DNA from: Octopus bimaculoides
Lineage: Eukaryota
DNA: 63,484 nt
Direction of reading: 5' to 3'
Assembly: GCF_001194135.2 (NCBI RefSeq)
Contig: NC_068985.1
Span: 82,247,647-82,311,130, forward strand
In this document: positions 13,398 to 26,235 of the stretch, piece by piece
Layout: each line of letters begins with the position of its first letter
How positions within the stretch are numbered: position 1 is the first letter of the stretch
Program-made: the position numbers and the translations under genes
Notes under the pieces: model-generated
What the model was told of the DNA's origin: nothing
Databases searched by the model: none
What the model saw: only the letters and a program-made list of their open reading frames with translations

Positions 13398-15214
13398 CTA
13401 CAGACAAGAACAGAGATGAAGGGGGTTAAAGCAACAAACAGAGAAAGAGAGCAAAGCATTTAAAAAAAATAGATAGGAAAAAAGAAATGAGAGACGAAGA
13501 CAAAGAAAGAAAGGTGTTTGAGAGAGAGAGAGAGAGAGAGAGAGTAACAGAGAGAGGCAGAGGGATCGAAACAAAGACAGAAACAGACCTATGTAAATAG
13601 AGGCTAATGAGTATAAAGCCAAAAAAAAACAGAGGGTTAAAAATGAGAAAAGAAGGAATACAAGGAAAGAAGAGTAAAAAGGATAGAAGTATACATATGT
13701 ACATGTGGGTGTATGAATCTATATGTGAAGATTTCTAAAATGCAGATATGTATGTGTGTGTATATGCATGTATGCGTGTATGTATGCACACACATGCTCA
13801 ACCACAGATGGGTGTGCAAAAATAAAATGTTGAAGACATAGGGTAAAAGGGAAGGGAAGAAAGAAATATAAAAATATACTTATGTATATGTGCGTGTGTA
13901 TACAGAAAAAGAGAGAGAGAGAAGGGGGAAGAGGGGTGAGGATGAGAGGAAGAAAAGGAGAGATAGAGGGAGAGAGAGAAAGAGAAAGAGGAGAGGAAGA
14001 AGGTGAGGGAGCAGGACTCAGATTACAGCACTTAAATGTAATCATCCATAGCAGGATATTACATACCAAATCATTAATGCAAACCATTTTCTAAAGAAAT
14101 AAATCTGTTTTGTTTCATTTTATATAACATTTTTGATTTACATTATGGTATGTTTCTTTCCTTTGTTGTTTTCTTTTTGCGTAAGAGCAAGCCTGGAACA
14201 CAGCAGAAATGGAAGCAGTAGCAGCAGCAGCAAGGTGTGGGCAGGGTGGGTATCTCTCGGGTAGCAGTATTGATAGCTTCATTAAGGCCCAGAAGCTTAG
14301 GTTAATTATTAACAAGCATTTATCGTCATATATAGAATAATAGTAAACAAATCATAATAACCAGTCTACCCCTTAGATTTTGTCTCTACCAATGCACATA
14401 GAAAAAATAAAACTAAATGAAATTGATACATCACAATTTGTGTGTGTGTAAATGCATATTAAACTTGGTATGTGTGCGTATGTACATGCGTGCATCTATG
14501 TAGATATCTATGTATGCTTGTTTAAATGATTGGGACAGCAGTCATGCTGGGGCACCACCTGCAAGGGTTTAGCAAATCAAATTGATCCCAGTGCTTCCCT
14601 ATACTTTTTAAGTCTGGGACTTATTTTATCACTCTCCTTTGCTGAACAACTAAATTAGACATATAAATAAATCAACAGTTTGTCAAGCAGTGAGGAACAA
14701 ACATGAAAATACACACACACACACACACGTGCACACACACACACACACACACATACACATGTGTACTTGTGTGTATGTATTATATATGTATCTGCATATG
14801 TAAAGATATGTATATAAGGGCATCTAGCCATAGAAAATCTGCCTTAGTGAATGAATCCTGCCTTGCCCCTTACTAACATGAGAAAGTAGATGTTAGAATG
14901 AGTATATATATATATATATATATATATCAGTATTAGTGTATGTGTATCAGTGTCCCAGATATAACATATTTCTTGCGCCTTCTTTCAATTGCAGTTAGGC
15001 CTTAGATAAAACAATTTCTACCCAGTTAATGAGAGGTATCAGTTTCAGGTTACCAATGTGTATCGATGTGAGTGACTGTATAAGTGTATGTATGCACTCT
15101 ATTCGTGTGTGCATGAGTATGTATATAAACATTCACATAATATACATATGCACATGTGGTTGTGGGCATGTGTTTGGATGCATGCATGTGCTTATGTATA
15201 CATGCATGTATATC

Positions 15215-15594
15215 CTTTTATTTGTTTGTCATTTGACTGTGGCCATACTGAAGCACTGCCTTTAATCGAGCAAATCGACCCCCACGACTTAATTTTTTGT
15301 AAGCCGAGTACTTATTCTATCGGTCTCTTTTGCTGAACTGCTAAGTTACGGGGAACATAAACACACCAGCATTGGTTGTCAAGCGATGACGAGGGGTGGA
15401 CAAAGACAGGCACACACACACACACTCACACAACAGGCTTCCTTCAGATTCCGTCTATTAAATCCACTCACATGGCTTTGGTCAGCCTAAGGCTATAGTA
15501 GAAGACACTTGCCCAAGATGCCACACAGTGGGACTGAACCCAGAGCTATTTGGTTGGTAAGCAAGCTACTTACTGCACAGCTACTCCTGCACCT
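15215..15594 (-). mobile_element. Near full-length CORE-like SINE (tRNA head, CORE, (GT)n, LINE-type tail)
   Basis: agtcccactgtgtggcatcttgggcaagtgtcttctactatagcc on the minus strand; tail ..gactgtggccat/ttttatttg. Confidence 0.85.
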
Positions 15595-15689
15595 ATATAT
15601 GTATTTAATAATGATTTTTTAGTTGCGCATAGCTCACAAATATAATCCTGCCTCCTATGAGCAAAAGATGTGAAATCTTAGCAGGATGG

Positions 15690-15860
15690 GGCAACTTGAT
15701 TACATTGCCCCCAGTGCATGGTTGGTACTTATTTTACTGGCCTTGAAAGGATGAAAGGCAAAATCAACTATGGTGGACTTTGAACTCAGAAAGTAAAGTA
15801 CCAGAAAAATTGCTGTGAAGCATTTTGTCCAACATACTGACAATTCTGCCAGCTTGGCAT
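15690..15860 (-). mobile_element. Meta-like SINE
   Basis: gtacttatttt..gaaaggatgaaaggcaaaatcaac..ttgaactcag..ctgccagc. Confidence 0.75.
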
Positions 15861-16427
15861 TTTAAATAACTCACAAATATCATGAAAATACTTTTTCCAT
15901 GCAAAGCATTTTGCAAAGTTTGGTAAAAATGGAATGAATTAATGATTAGAGCTATGATATAATGAAATGTGATGGTGGTTAAAAAGAAAGGCGACATGAA
16001 AATAAGGGCAAATCATGCACATTACGAGTAATACATATATGAAAAATTTCTTTTCTGAGTGAAAGTCTTCCCAAATTTGAGTGTAAATGAACATGTTAAA
16101 TATAAATGTACACAGTTTATTTTAATCATTGTTGCTTAGTGTGCCTGTAACTAACGAATAATTTAAAATTTTTGCATTCTGTCATTTTAATCATTATTTA
16201 ATTTCATTTAATATAACCAGTAAGATTGCCTGCCCAGTGTTATTGAAGGAGAGCAGTAGGGTGATCTTCTCAATGAACTTGGAGAGTGCAATGTCCAAGA
16301 ATTGTATAATTATAACATTGTATAAATATAGCAGATTTAAACTTGTGAGTTTATATTTGTATGCATGTAAATGATTTTTGTTTTGTTTTGTACATGCTGT
16401 GAATGTAATTGTAGGTATTTGTGCATT

Positions 16428-16461
<34 letters not shown>

Positions 16462-17198
16462 AATGTGCATTTTATTATATTATTAATATATCTGCCAATA
16501 TAGGAATTTATGACTGTGTATGAGCGTGTGTGTGTTTGTGTATTTCAAATATGCACACAGTTTAAGGAATCCATATGCATGTGTAAAGGCCTGTGTATCC
16601 TAAGATTTGTGCATTGATAGATACATGTGTTTTAGATTTTATAGGAGTGAATAAGTCTAAGTGGCGGGTGGGTTAGGATTGAAATATGAAATATAACTTA
16701 TCGAATAGTTTACACTCAGTTGATCCCTTTACAGGTAAATTATTATTGTTAACATCATCATCATCATCATCAATATCTACATAGCTGATGCTTTTGTTGT
16801 AATCATCTTCCCTACCATCATCACCAACAGCATTGCATTCTCCACTGCTTTGTTGTGGTTGCTTATTTTTATTATTTTTCAGTAGCTTAAATGTTTAGAT
16901 GCATTTTTAAATTAGCCAACAAAACACAACACACACATATACCAAATCAAACTAATACAGAAAAATTCTCTTCATCATCATAAGTATGTTTGTAGGTGTG
17001 TGTGTGTATATACATGTGTGTGTGTAAACATGCATTTATATATGAGTGTGTGTGTGTGTGTGTATGTGTGTGTGTGTATACACACTTATGTATGCATATA
17101 TATGCAAGTAAAAAGTAATAATATTCAAAGTATTGTATACAGTGCTCAGGTGCAAATATGCAGATATATATTTATTCATATATGTATATATGTGTGTA

Positions 17199-17239
<41 letters not shown>

Positions 17240-17959
17240 GCATGTATGCATGTATATATGTGTGTGGACAAGAATGTATTTGAGAATGTGATTGTGTGTG
17301 TGTGTGTGCATATGCATTGCATGTGTACTTGTATGTGTGTGTCAGTTAAAGGCATAATATATATATAAGCTAGCTGATAATTTTCAGAAAGCTAGAGAAT
17401 CCGTTGAAACGCTTCACTTTGCATGCAACTAGTTATAATGTAAAAATGTTTAAATTACTTTTAAAGAGAGGTGAAAAGATATATTTCCTATATACATATA
17501 AATATATATGCACTAGCATCTTTTCAACATGAAACCTTTTATAAGCATTCCATTTCGGTTTTTAAAAACTTTTCTGAATGACTGAAATGTGAGAACAGGT
17601 GCTTCAAACACTTTTCTCTTGAATATTCTATAGGACAACCCCTAGTGAGAAGTTTTGATTGGTAAATTGAAAAATAAACCATGTTTGTAAAAGATATATT
17701 TTTCAAGCAGAAAAATCATACTTGTATGGATGTGAGGGTGAACAAAAATAAAAATGCATTACAGATAAATGGTAAGTACAGAGTTTTTCATAGCCTACTT
17801 TACAGGCAGGCAAGTTGCTCTTTTGAGAATTTCACATGCACACACACACACTCACACACACACACATACACACATACACACATACACATACACATATACA
17901 TGAATGCACACTTACATATATGTATGTATTTACTCAAGCAAAATTTTTACATATACATC

Positions 17960-18013
<54 letters not shown>

Positions 18014-18322
18014 TACAAATATGTTTATACATTTACATCCATACTATACATATTTACATACATATATACATATGAATATATTTACACACACAAACATAGA
18101 AACATATTCATGAAATCCTTTTATCAATAAGAAGAATGTTAGAAAGAGTAAAATATGAATTGAAAGGGACTTCTAATACACTCCTTCTAGATATTTTAGA
18201 AGAAGAAAAGGAAGCTATCTTGTTGCATGTAATGCCAAATAATAGCAGAATGGATTTAAAGATATTCACTGCAGCCTACATATGAGAGAGAGAGAGAGAA
18301 AGAGAAAAAGAAAGAGAAAGAG

Positions 18323-18363
<41 letters not shown>

Positions 18364-19025
18364 GAGAGAGATCACTGCTCCCCAAAGTGAAAGCTGCCGG
18401 CAATGTGTATGACTAAGAAGAAATATGTTCATAAATACACTTAACTCTATTTCAGAACAAAACTACAGTTGAGGTAGAGCAGTGAGTTTTATTTGTAAAT
18501 AATTTTTATCATCCATGCAATGTTTACACAAGTTTATACTTGAATCAAGAGGTGACTTAGCTCTATGTTTTTTCTTTTCTTCTCTGTTTTCCACTTTTTT
18601 TTTATTATGAACAAATGTACATTAGTGATTTTCAACCCAACCCCAACCCCAACATCTACCATCTCCTAGAACCAAAGCTGTATTTATCTCATGTCCCACA
18701 GTGCAATAAGAAAAAAAAGTGTTATACAAAATAAGCATAGAATAAATCAGAAAACATTAAGAAAAGAAAGAAAAGAAATCTCCAAATTGGTTGAGAATGA
18801 GGAAATGCCTTTAAATATTGTTTTTCTGATCACCCCCACCTTCTTCAATAAGACACATGACCAAAGAAGTTCCAACCGTGATCCTCATGTCTTTCTTTCA
18901 AGCTTGATATGTATATCTAGTATTATATTAGCTGATGTATCCTACCTTTCTAAGAAGGTAGGACTAAATTTGGGAGAAGTTTTCACTGCTATTTATTGTA
19001 GGTCTTGCAACTATAGAGTGATTAC

Positions 19026-19160
19026 CTCACCGGGTAATAGTAACGATGGTGGTGGTGGTGGTGGTGGTGGTGGTCCCTCCTCCCAAATTTGTAGCATTAG
19101 AAAAGTTGCTTCATTAACTTCATTTGATAACTGGGGAACAATATATTCTATTATAAAAGT
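19026..19160 (-). CDS. Candidate exon with polyproline (TFIIEYIVPQLSNEVNEATFLMLQIWEEGPPPPPPPPPSLLLPGE)
   Basis: Acceptor ctaatctaatttttctag|; donors CCG|GTGAGG (19031) or GAG|GTAATC (19026, 135 nt, phase 0-0); only one open frame; no recognised homology. Confidence 0.2.
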
Positions 19161-19866
19161 CTAGAAAAATTAGATTAGGTTTAGATAATTTATAAATTAT
19201 TGAGACAAGAAAATGAAAAAAATCCCTGATCGTTAATCTAAAATGTTAGATAATAGTACCAGAAAATATTGGGTTCCTCTGCTATACACATGGGGTACTT
19301 GATGAAAGAGAAGCAGAATTAATTATATCACCTTCTTTATTTGTAAATTCTCAGTATCAAATAAGATACATTGTTTTTCCCAACTTTACATCACCATGCC
19401 AATTTCTCTATTCTAATTTGCATTTAATTTTTGTTGTTGCTATTTTTAATTGATTTTTCTAGTACTTTTTAAATTGCCTGAACTGGTGCAGTATATTACT
19501 ACTGCTTAGATTATCAACCCTGTAAGGTTGGTTGTAGTAAAGATTAACTTTGACAGGATTTAACTGAAAGATGAGATAGTTAATGCTACATATTGATACT
19601 GTGTTGGCACTATCTCAGCATAGTTAGAGCAGTACTGTTGACTTAAGACATGATCATACAAGGCAGTTGTTCAGGGGCTCCAGTGCATTGCATTGTTTGT
19701 GGGCCTGTTAAGATGTCCCTGAGCCATAGCTCACAGTCCAGAACCAGTATATGTGTATACTCTTGCCCTAGCATTCTACTTATGATCATTTTCAATGCCT
19801 TTACTTTCCACAAAAAATAAAATTATTAACAGCATACATTAATGATAAACTGGATCTAAATATATA

Positions 19867-19869
<3 letters not shown>

Positions 19870-19953
<84 letters not shown>
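19870..19953. repeat. (AG)42 microsatellite
   Basis: Directly visible. Confidence 0.98.
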
Positions 19954-19955
<2 letters not shown>

Positions 19956-21668
19956 AATTTTAACAAAACATTATTTGATACTTTTGTAGATATGGGTCCA
20001 GAAAACTGGTTACAGAAAAAAAAAACTTTAAGCTCTGAGAAATTCTTGAGGCCCATTGCAGTATAGATTAAAATAAATGCAGTTCCTTATGTCATATGCA
20101 ACACTAGAAACACTCACTACCCCTAATAATAATTAAAAAAGAAAAACTTAAAAAGTAAAGAAAAGTAATGGTAAAAAATTATCAAACATTATCAAAATAG
20201 AAAACACAACATCAATAACACTGACACTTCTAACAACATAGATGTACATGCATAACAAGTCATATCAACACTTAGCAATATATTAGCACTTCACAATAAA
20301 TCATGTTTAGGTGGGCCTTGTGAGTTTTTTTGCTTGTGGGCTGTTTTTTACTTTTTTTTCACGCTGAAGAAATGTGTGATACAAAAAATGTTGGAGAGGG
20401 AGATGGATGTATCACATAATCAGTCAATTTGTTCCAGTAGCACTAAAGAGATAAAAAGCAAAATCTATGGACAACTGGAGAAAGAAGGCCATAAATAGTT
20501 TTATAAAGTACATAGTCTGGTGCTCAACTACCTACTAAATTTCTTATTCTACACAAATAATTACTGAGTTCCTTTTACTGAACAAGACAAGATTTTATGG
20601 AGATGAATTATAAAGTTGACAGAAGTGACAACAATAAGGAACTGATGAATATGCCCTGAGCCCAAGAATTGAAACCAAAGTCAAAACCAGAAAGACCTAA
20701 ACAACATAGTCAATAATCAACTTATCTATTTATTTTCAGTTTTACAACTCGGATTATTTCTTTGACATTATACAACAACAACATTGAATAAGGGAATGAA
20801 TATTACATGGAATTATTTTTTCCTTCAACAATATTTGACAACCACAAGGTGAAAGTTTGAACTTACATGTGTAATAAAGCCTATCACTTTCAGGAAGTCT
20901 TTCAGGAATATTTATACACCTTCCATGCATATATACAGTAGGCTGAAATAAAAAAGAAAGAAATTAATATTACAATCAATGCTCTGCTGATTAATCTCTT
21001 TCATTTATTTATAAAGACTCACAGACACACACTTGCACACAGAAATGCACACAAATACAGATGCATATTTTGAATGCTGTTGATTTAAAAAAAAAATGTA
21101 TCCCACTGATGCTGTAGATAAAGTAACAATAAGCTTTTGAATGGAAAAGGACACTGGAGTGGCTTCCAGTTGCTTCCATGCATATATTCTGATACACATA
21201 CGAATCATATATCAATGCCAGTAAGAAGTGTATGTTGGTGTAGAGATGAATTCCTTTCTCACGAAAGAATATATATTAAATGTGTTTATATGTAAAGCAC
21301 AAATTGAGAAAGAGAAGGGCTTTTAAAAAATGGTGCATAGCTTGAGTTTCAACTCATAAAGAAGGTAAGTGTATGTGTGTGAATGTGTTTCTATACGTGT
21401 GTTTGTGTGAATAGATATGTGTGTATGTGTGTGTGTGTATCATTGATACAAGCACACTTGTATCATTGTTGTTTAGCTTGTAATAGCTACAAAGGACCAT
21501 TGCTCTACTTTGGTTGTTTTAATGCCATTAATAGGATGAGAGACACCTCTTCCCCTGGAAAGGATACCTGCCTGTTTCAAGTAATGTCCCTGGCAAAATG
21601 TCATATTCACTATATACTTGTGTTACACATATATAACGTGCTCAGAAGGATGCTGATGTGTGTGTGCG

Positions 21669-21708
<40 letters not shown>

Positions 21709-22207
21709 TGCACGCATGTGCATGTGTATATAATAACACTGACAAGTGATTATTTCGGATAGATGAGTGCAGAGGAAAATACAGGGATATAGAGACTGAA
21801 GGGAGGAAAGAGTTAATTATAATGAAAGTTTAAGTCAGATAATAGAAATGTTAGTCAGAGACCAAACCAACTTCAATTGAAACTATAATGTGGTGTGGTC
21901 ATACTGTAAAGATTGAAGTGCAAGATGAAAAACATAAGCTTGTCAGGTGAAACTGATAACTCAATGAAAAGTGATGCGAATGAAAGAATGACAGATAAAA
22001 CAGAAAGCCAGACTGACTGACAGACACACAGAAAGTAATAATTCCAACTCCCCACAAGACCAATTGACCTTTGAATGACATTAGACAAGAAAAGTGTGAA
22101 TGGTAGAGAGGACAGAGCAGTACATGAACAATCTTCATTAAATGCAAGGATATCTATGTGTACATATACATACAGATATGAATACATGGATAAAGGCATA
22201 CACATAT

Positions 22208-22265
<58 letters not shown>

Positions 22266-22377
22266 TATGCACAATGATTTCAGAATATTGCTATTTGGTT
22301 TGACTTCATTATTACAACTACATGCGTGCACACACATGCACACATACACACAACATACATACAAATATACATATATA

Positions 22378-23182
22378 CAGGGTGCAGTGAATAAATTGTC
22401 ATCTAAATTACGCAAAAATGAAAATAACACTGACATCTCATTTTAACAGATATATTAACCAAGATTACATTAAAATATCTTAAAATACTAAAGAGTAAAT
22501 TTATTCAATTATATTGCTATTGTCTTCAAGTACAGCCTCCAGGCAACTTCAGAATCTCCTGCAACCCTTCTGGATGGTCTCCTTGTTTAAGCTGGGCCAT
22601 AATCCTTGTCTTCAGTTCATCTTTGGTGTTACAAAGAGTTTTGTTTGTCTCTCACTCACTGTGTCCCACACATAACAATCAAGGGGGTTGCAGTCTGGGA
22701 TGTTAGAGGTGATGTGGTCACAGAAATTGTGACAGCCACGTCTGGGTTCTCCTCCTTATGTGGCATAGTGCAGAGTCCTGCTGCCAGACATAAGGTTTTC
22801 CAGCAGCCACCCTCTTGACCCATGAAGCTCCTCCAAGCACTTGATGTAGGCCTCCATGTTAAGTCTGAGGCTGTATGGGAAGATGAATGGAGGCATAACA
22901 TCGCCATCACTAGTGATCACCCCAAGTGGATGTTTGATTTTTATCACTCTTGGTACATGTCCTCAGACTGACACCCAAACACTCTGAAATGTTCATATTG
23001 GAGCTTCCAGCACAAATACCAAGCAGTACAGCATGTTGTTTCCAAATTTCTGGCAGAGCGAATTGCATCATGGTGCTGTTTTTCTCACAGCCGGTGCCCA
23101 AATGTGTAGATGACAAAATCAAAAACAAACAATGCACGAAATTAAAAATATAAAATGATGACAATTTACCCATCACACCCTG
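22378..23182 (-). mobile_element. Internally deleted Tc1/mariner-superfamily DNA transposon with both TIRs and TA target duplication
   Basis: Left TA|CAGGGTGCAGTGAATAAATTGTCATC; right GATGACAATTTACCCATCACACCCTG|TA. Minus-strand transposase remnants K..KHP..GVITSDGDVMPPFIFP..LRLNMEAYIKCLEE, WQQDSA-like region, NFCDHIT, DCNPL. Confidence 0.9.
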
Positions 23183-23269
23183 TATATATGTATTACATAA
23201 ATTTATATTTATTAGATATATGTGTGTGTGTGCATATGCATGTGTGAGTGTATATGGACATATCATCAT

Positions 23270-23470
23270 CATCATCATTTAATATTTAGTTTTGTATGCT
23301 CGCATGGATCAGACAGAATTTGTTGGAGTAGATTTTTTACACCCAGATGCTCTTCCATTCATAAACCTTCACATGTTTCCAAGGAAATTGAAATTTCCCC
23401 AGAGCCAGACATAGGAGACTAGGAATGAATAACATTGGTTGTATGACCATGATTTACAATAATTACATGA
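23270..23470 (-). mobile_element. SINE with RTE-type tail
   Basis: catcatcatttaat..ctcgcatggatc..cagatgctcttcc..tttccaagg..ccagacat. Confidence 0.65.
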
Positions 23471-24109
23471 TCCCAAAAAAAGGATACACACAAACACACA
23501 CACACACGTATATTTTACTTTCTTTTTTTTTGGGAGTCAATAAAATAAGTACCAGTTGAGTGCTGGGGTCGATGTAATCAACTTACTCCCTACCCCCAAA
23601 ACTGCTGGTCGTGTGCCAAAATTTGAAACTAATAACCTTATGTATATGCTTCAGACATAAGTGCTTGTCAGGTATAGTGAGTAGTATGAGTTTAAATAAA
23701 TGACAAGGAAGGGAGCAAGAAATTATTATGAACTTAATAAACACACACACACACACACGCGTTGTGTGTGTGTTATCTATGTATATCCATAGGCAGCTAT
23801 TTATCTATATTATCTCTCAATATTAATTGTTTGTTCCACATTTGTGTTTGTGTTGCCTAGGACCTAAAGATGCAATAACCATAAGAACAATTAAAATTAC
23901 AGGCAAAAAATTTATGGTTATGATAGAATGGTTCTGGCAAGAGAGAGGGAAATAGAAACAAGTAGAAGGCTGGTTTGTCTGGCTGGCTGGCTTGAGGAAC
24001 AGACACAGTTAAGCTGACAGATGTGTGTGTGTGTGTGTGTGTATGAGAGAGAGAGAGAGAGAAAGAGAAAGTGTGTGTATGTATGTGTGCATGTGTGCGT
24101 GTGCGTGTG

Positions 24110-24147
<38 letters not shown>

Positions 24148-24865
24148 TGTGTGTGTGCATAAACACATACAGATAGACATACAGCCATACTGGTGGGCAG
24201 AAAAAGAGATTCAAAGACAAGAAATGTCCGAGTGTGAGAGACAGTGAAGAGGAAAGAATATAAGGTGACACAGATGGACAGAAAGAGACAGAGAGATTTA
24301 TCCAATTTGATAATCAACATATGACTTCGAGATTGAGATGCTGAGTGGGGGAAAGCACAAGACTGAGAGAAATTGATGGTGTAAAGTTTTGTTTGTAGCA
24401 TACAATAAACTAAACTCTATTACTAATGCTTAACAAAAACAATATTATTCGCACCATCATTATCATCAAATTTAGTTGATATTGCATATTGTAAAATATT
24501 TGTTTCATTCAGCCACTAGCATGTTGCTAACAAGAAAAACATAGACTGAGCAAAATATATTTCAAAATGGCAGCTATTTGCAGCATAAGGATATCATCGT
24601 TCCATTACATAATAACCATGTTGATAAAGGTTAACATGCATGCATCAGCAGTAAGTCAGTAATTTGTAAGATAAAAACAGTCATCAATTGAGTTGCTTCC
24701 AAGTATCGAAGAAATACTCCCCATTGCTGTAGATGATGTAATTGTTGTCTCATTTTGAGGGAATTGACAGTATGGCGAAAATAATCTGGTATACAGAAAG
24801 ATAACAAAGTGCCATGCAGTGAAAGATATATATGTATACATACCTACATACACACACACACACAG

Positions 24866-24905
<40 letters not shown>

Positions 24906-24957
24906 CTATAGATATATAGATATTATTTCATTTACACGTACACACACATATATATGT

Positions 24958-25091
24958 NNNNNNNNNNNNNNNNNNNNNNNNNNNNNNNNNNNNNNNNNNN
25001 NNNNNNNNNNNNNNNNNNNNNNNNNNNNNNNNNNNNNNNNNNNNNNNNNNNNNNNNNNNNNNNNNNNNNNNNNNNNNNNNNNNNNNNNNNN
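24958..25091. other. Assembly gap (N)
   Basis: Run of n. Confidence 1.
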
Positions 25092-25095
25092 GATT

Positions 25096-25631
25096 TATAA
25101 GGCAAATAAGAAAATGGAGAGGATAAACAATCGACAAACATCAGCCTGTAAACATTCATTTATATCTATTTATTAATTGATAACAATCATATGTATAAGT
25201 GATCCAAATAAACAAATGAAATAATCAAATAAATAAATAAATATATAGATAAATAAAAATAAACGAATAAGAATAAACGAGTGTACAAATCCTAAACTCT
25301 TACAGCTGTTTCTACCATGGGTTGCCCAATCTGCCAAGTTTTCCACATCATGCCAGTGATATACAGGGATTATACAAAGGTTGAACAAACATTGGACAGG
25401 GGTTGGACAATGGTTGAACCACAAGGCTTCATCAGAGAGACCAAACTCATTTATTCTTATTCGTTTATTTTTATTTATCTATTTATTTACTTATTTATTT
25501 GCTTATTTCATTCGTTTATTGGTTTCACTTATTCATTTAATTGCAATCAATTAATAAATAGATATAACTGACTGTTTACAGGCTGATGTTTGTTGATTGT
25601 TTATCCTCTCCATTTTCTTATTTGCCTTATA
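25096..25631 (-). mobile_element. Fold-back element: 187-bp inverted arms (25096-25282 / 25445-25631) around a 162-bp spacer; Penelope-LTR-like or MITE
   Basis: Left arm tataaggcaaataagaaaatggagaggataaacaatcgacaaacatcagcctgtaaac.. is the reverse complement of the right arm with scattered mismatches; ends in (TA)n. Confidence 0.9.
25297..25439 (-). ncRNA. Type I hammerhead ribozyme motif with long stem II insertion
   Basis: CUCU-CUGAUGA (25435-25429) ... GAAAC-AGCU-GUA (cleavage after 25301)-AGAG. Stem I is CUCU:AGAG and stem III is the palindrome ACAGCUGU. An imperfect stem II (GCCUUGUGGUU / AACCCAUGGU) closes a 93-nt loop. Confidence 0.6.
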
Positions 25632-25685
25632 TATATATATATATATATATCTACACACACACACACACGTATGTATGTATATGTG

Positions 25686-25966
25686 AAGGTGCATGATCTA
25701 GTGGTTAGGCAAGTTGCACTCACAATCATGAGATTATGGTTTTGACTCCCAGACCAGCTGTAAGTTGAAGTCTTGAGCAAAACACTTTATTTCATGTTGG
25801 TCCAGTCCACTCAGTTGTAAATGGGTGACCCTGCAATAGAATAGCCTTCTGATCATGGGGAATGTTGACCTGCTCAGCTAGCCAGTGGGATGGCATCCTT
25901 TAAAAGCTAAAATGATGGAACCACATTGTAACCAGCATTGTATAACAATATCTGATAGTCTGCTTA
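25686..25966 (+). mobile_element. tRNA-derived SINE (third head type; gtcttgagcaaaacactttatttcatgttggtccagtccactcag)
   Basis: A/B-box-like head gatctagtggttagg..ggttttgactccc followed by a CORE/V-like block. Confidence 0.65.
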
Positions 25967-26092
25967 TTTCTGTCAAAGAACGTAGGCTCGGAAAGTAAAA
26001 GACTTTCTCACTTCCCAAGCGTTAAACTAACACATCTGTTTGTTGTTTACACACCTGTCCTTGTCTTTTGTTTCTTTGTAAATTCTCACTAT
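25967..26092 (+). mobile_element. Penelope-like element 3' tail fragment with decayed hammerhead-like core (CTGTCAA..gctcgGAAA)
   Basis: Homologous to 27659-27780(-); ends at (TA)n. Confidence 0.75.
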
Positions 26093-26100
26093 ATATATAT

Positions 26101-26235
26101 TGTTATGCGGTTAAGAGTTTCACTTCCCAACCAAGTAGTTTGGGTTCAACTCCACTGCATAGCACCATGGGTAGGTGTCTTCTATTATAGCTCGGGTCAA
26201 CCAAATCTTGTGGGTGGATCTAGTAGACAGAAACA
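26101..26235 (+). mobile_element. CORE-like SINE 5' half
   Basis: cttcccaacca..gggttcaactccactgcatagcaccatgggtaggtgtcttctattatagc. Confidence 0.75.

Noticed and set aside
18691-19164. 157-aa plus-strand ORF
   Set aside because: Low-complexity AT-rich composition, no recognisable domain; the better splice signals are on the opposite strand
20642-20682. CTGATGA..GAAAC-CAAA-GTC hammerhead-like core
   Set aside because: No stem I and only one stem II pair; at best a decayed relic
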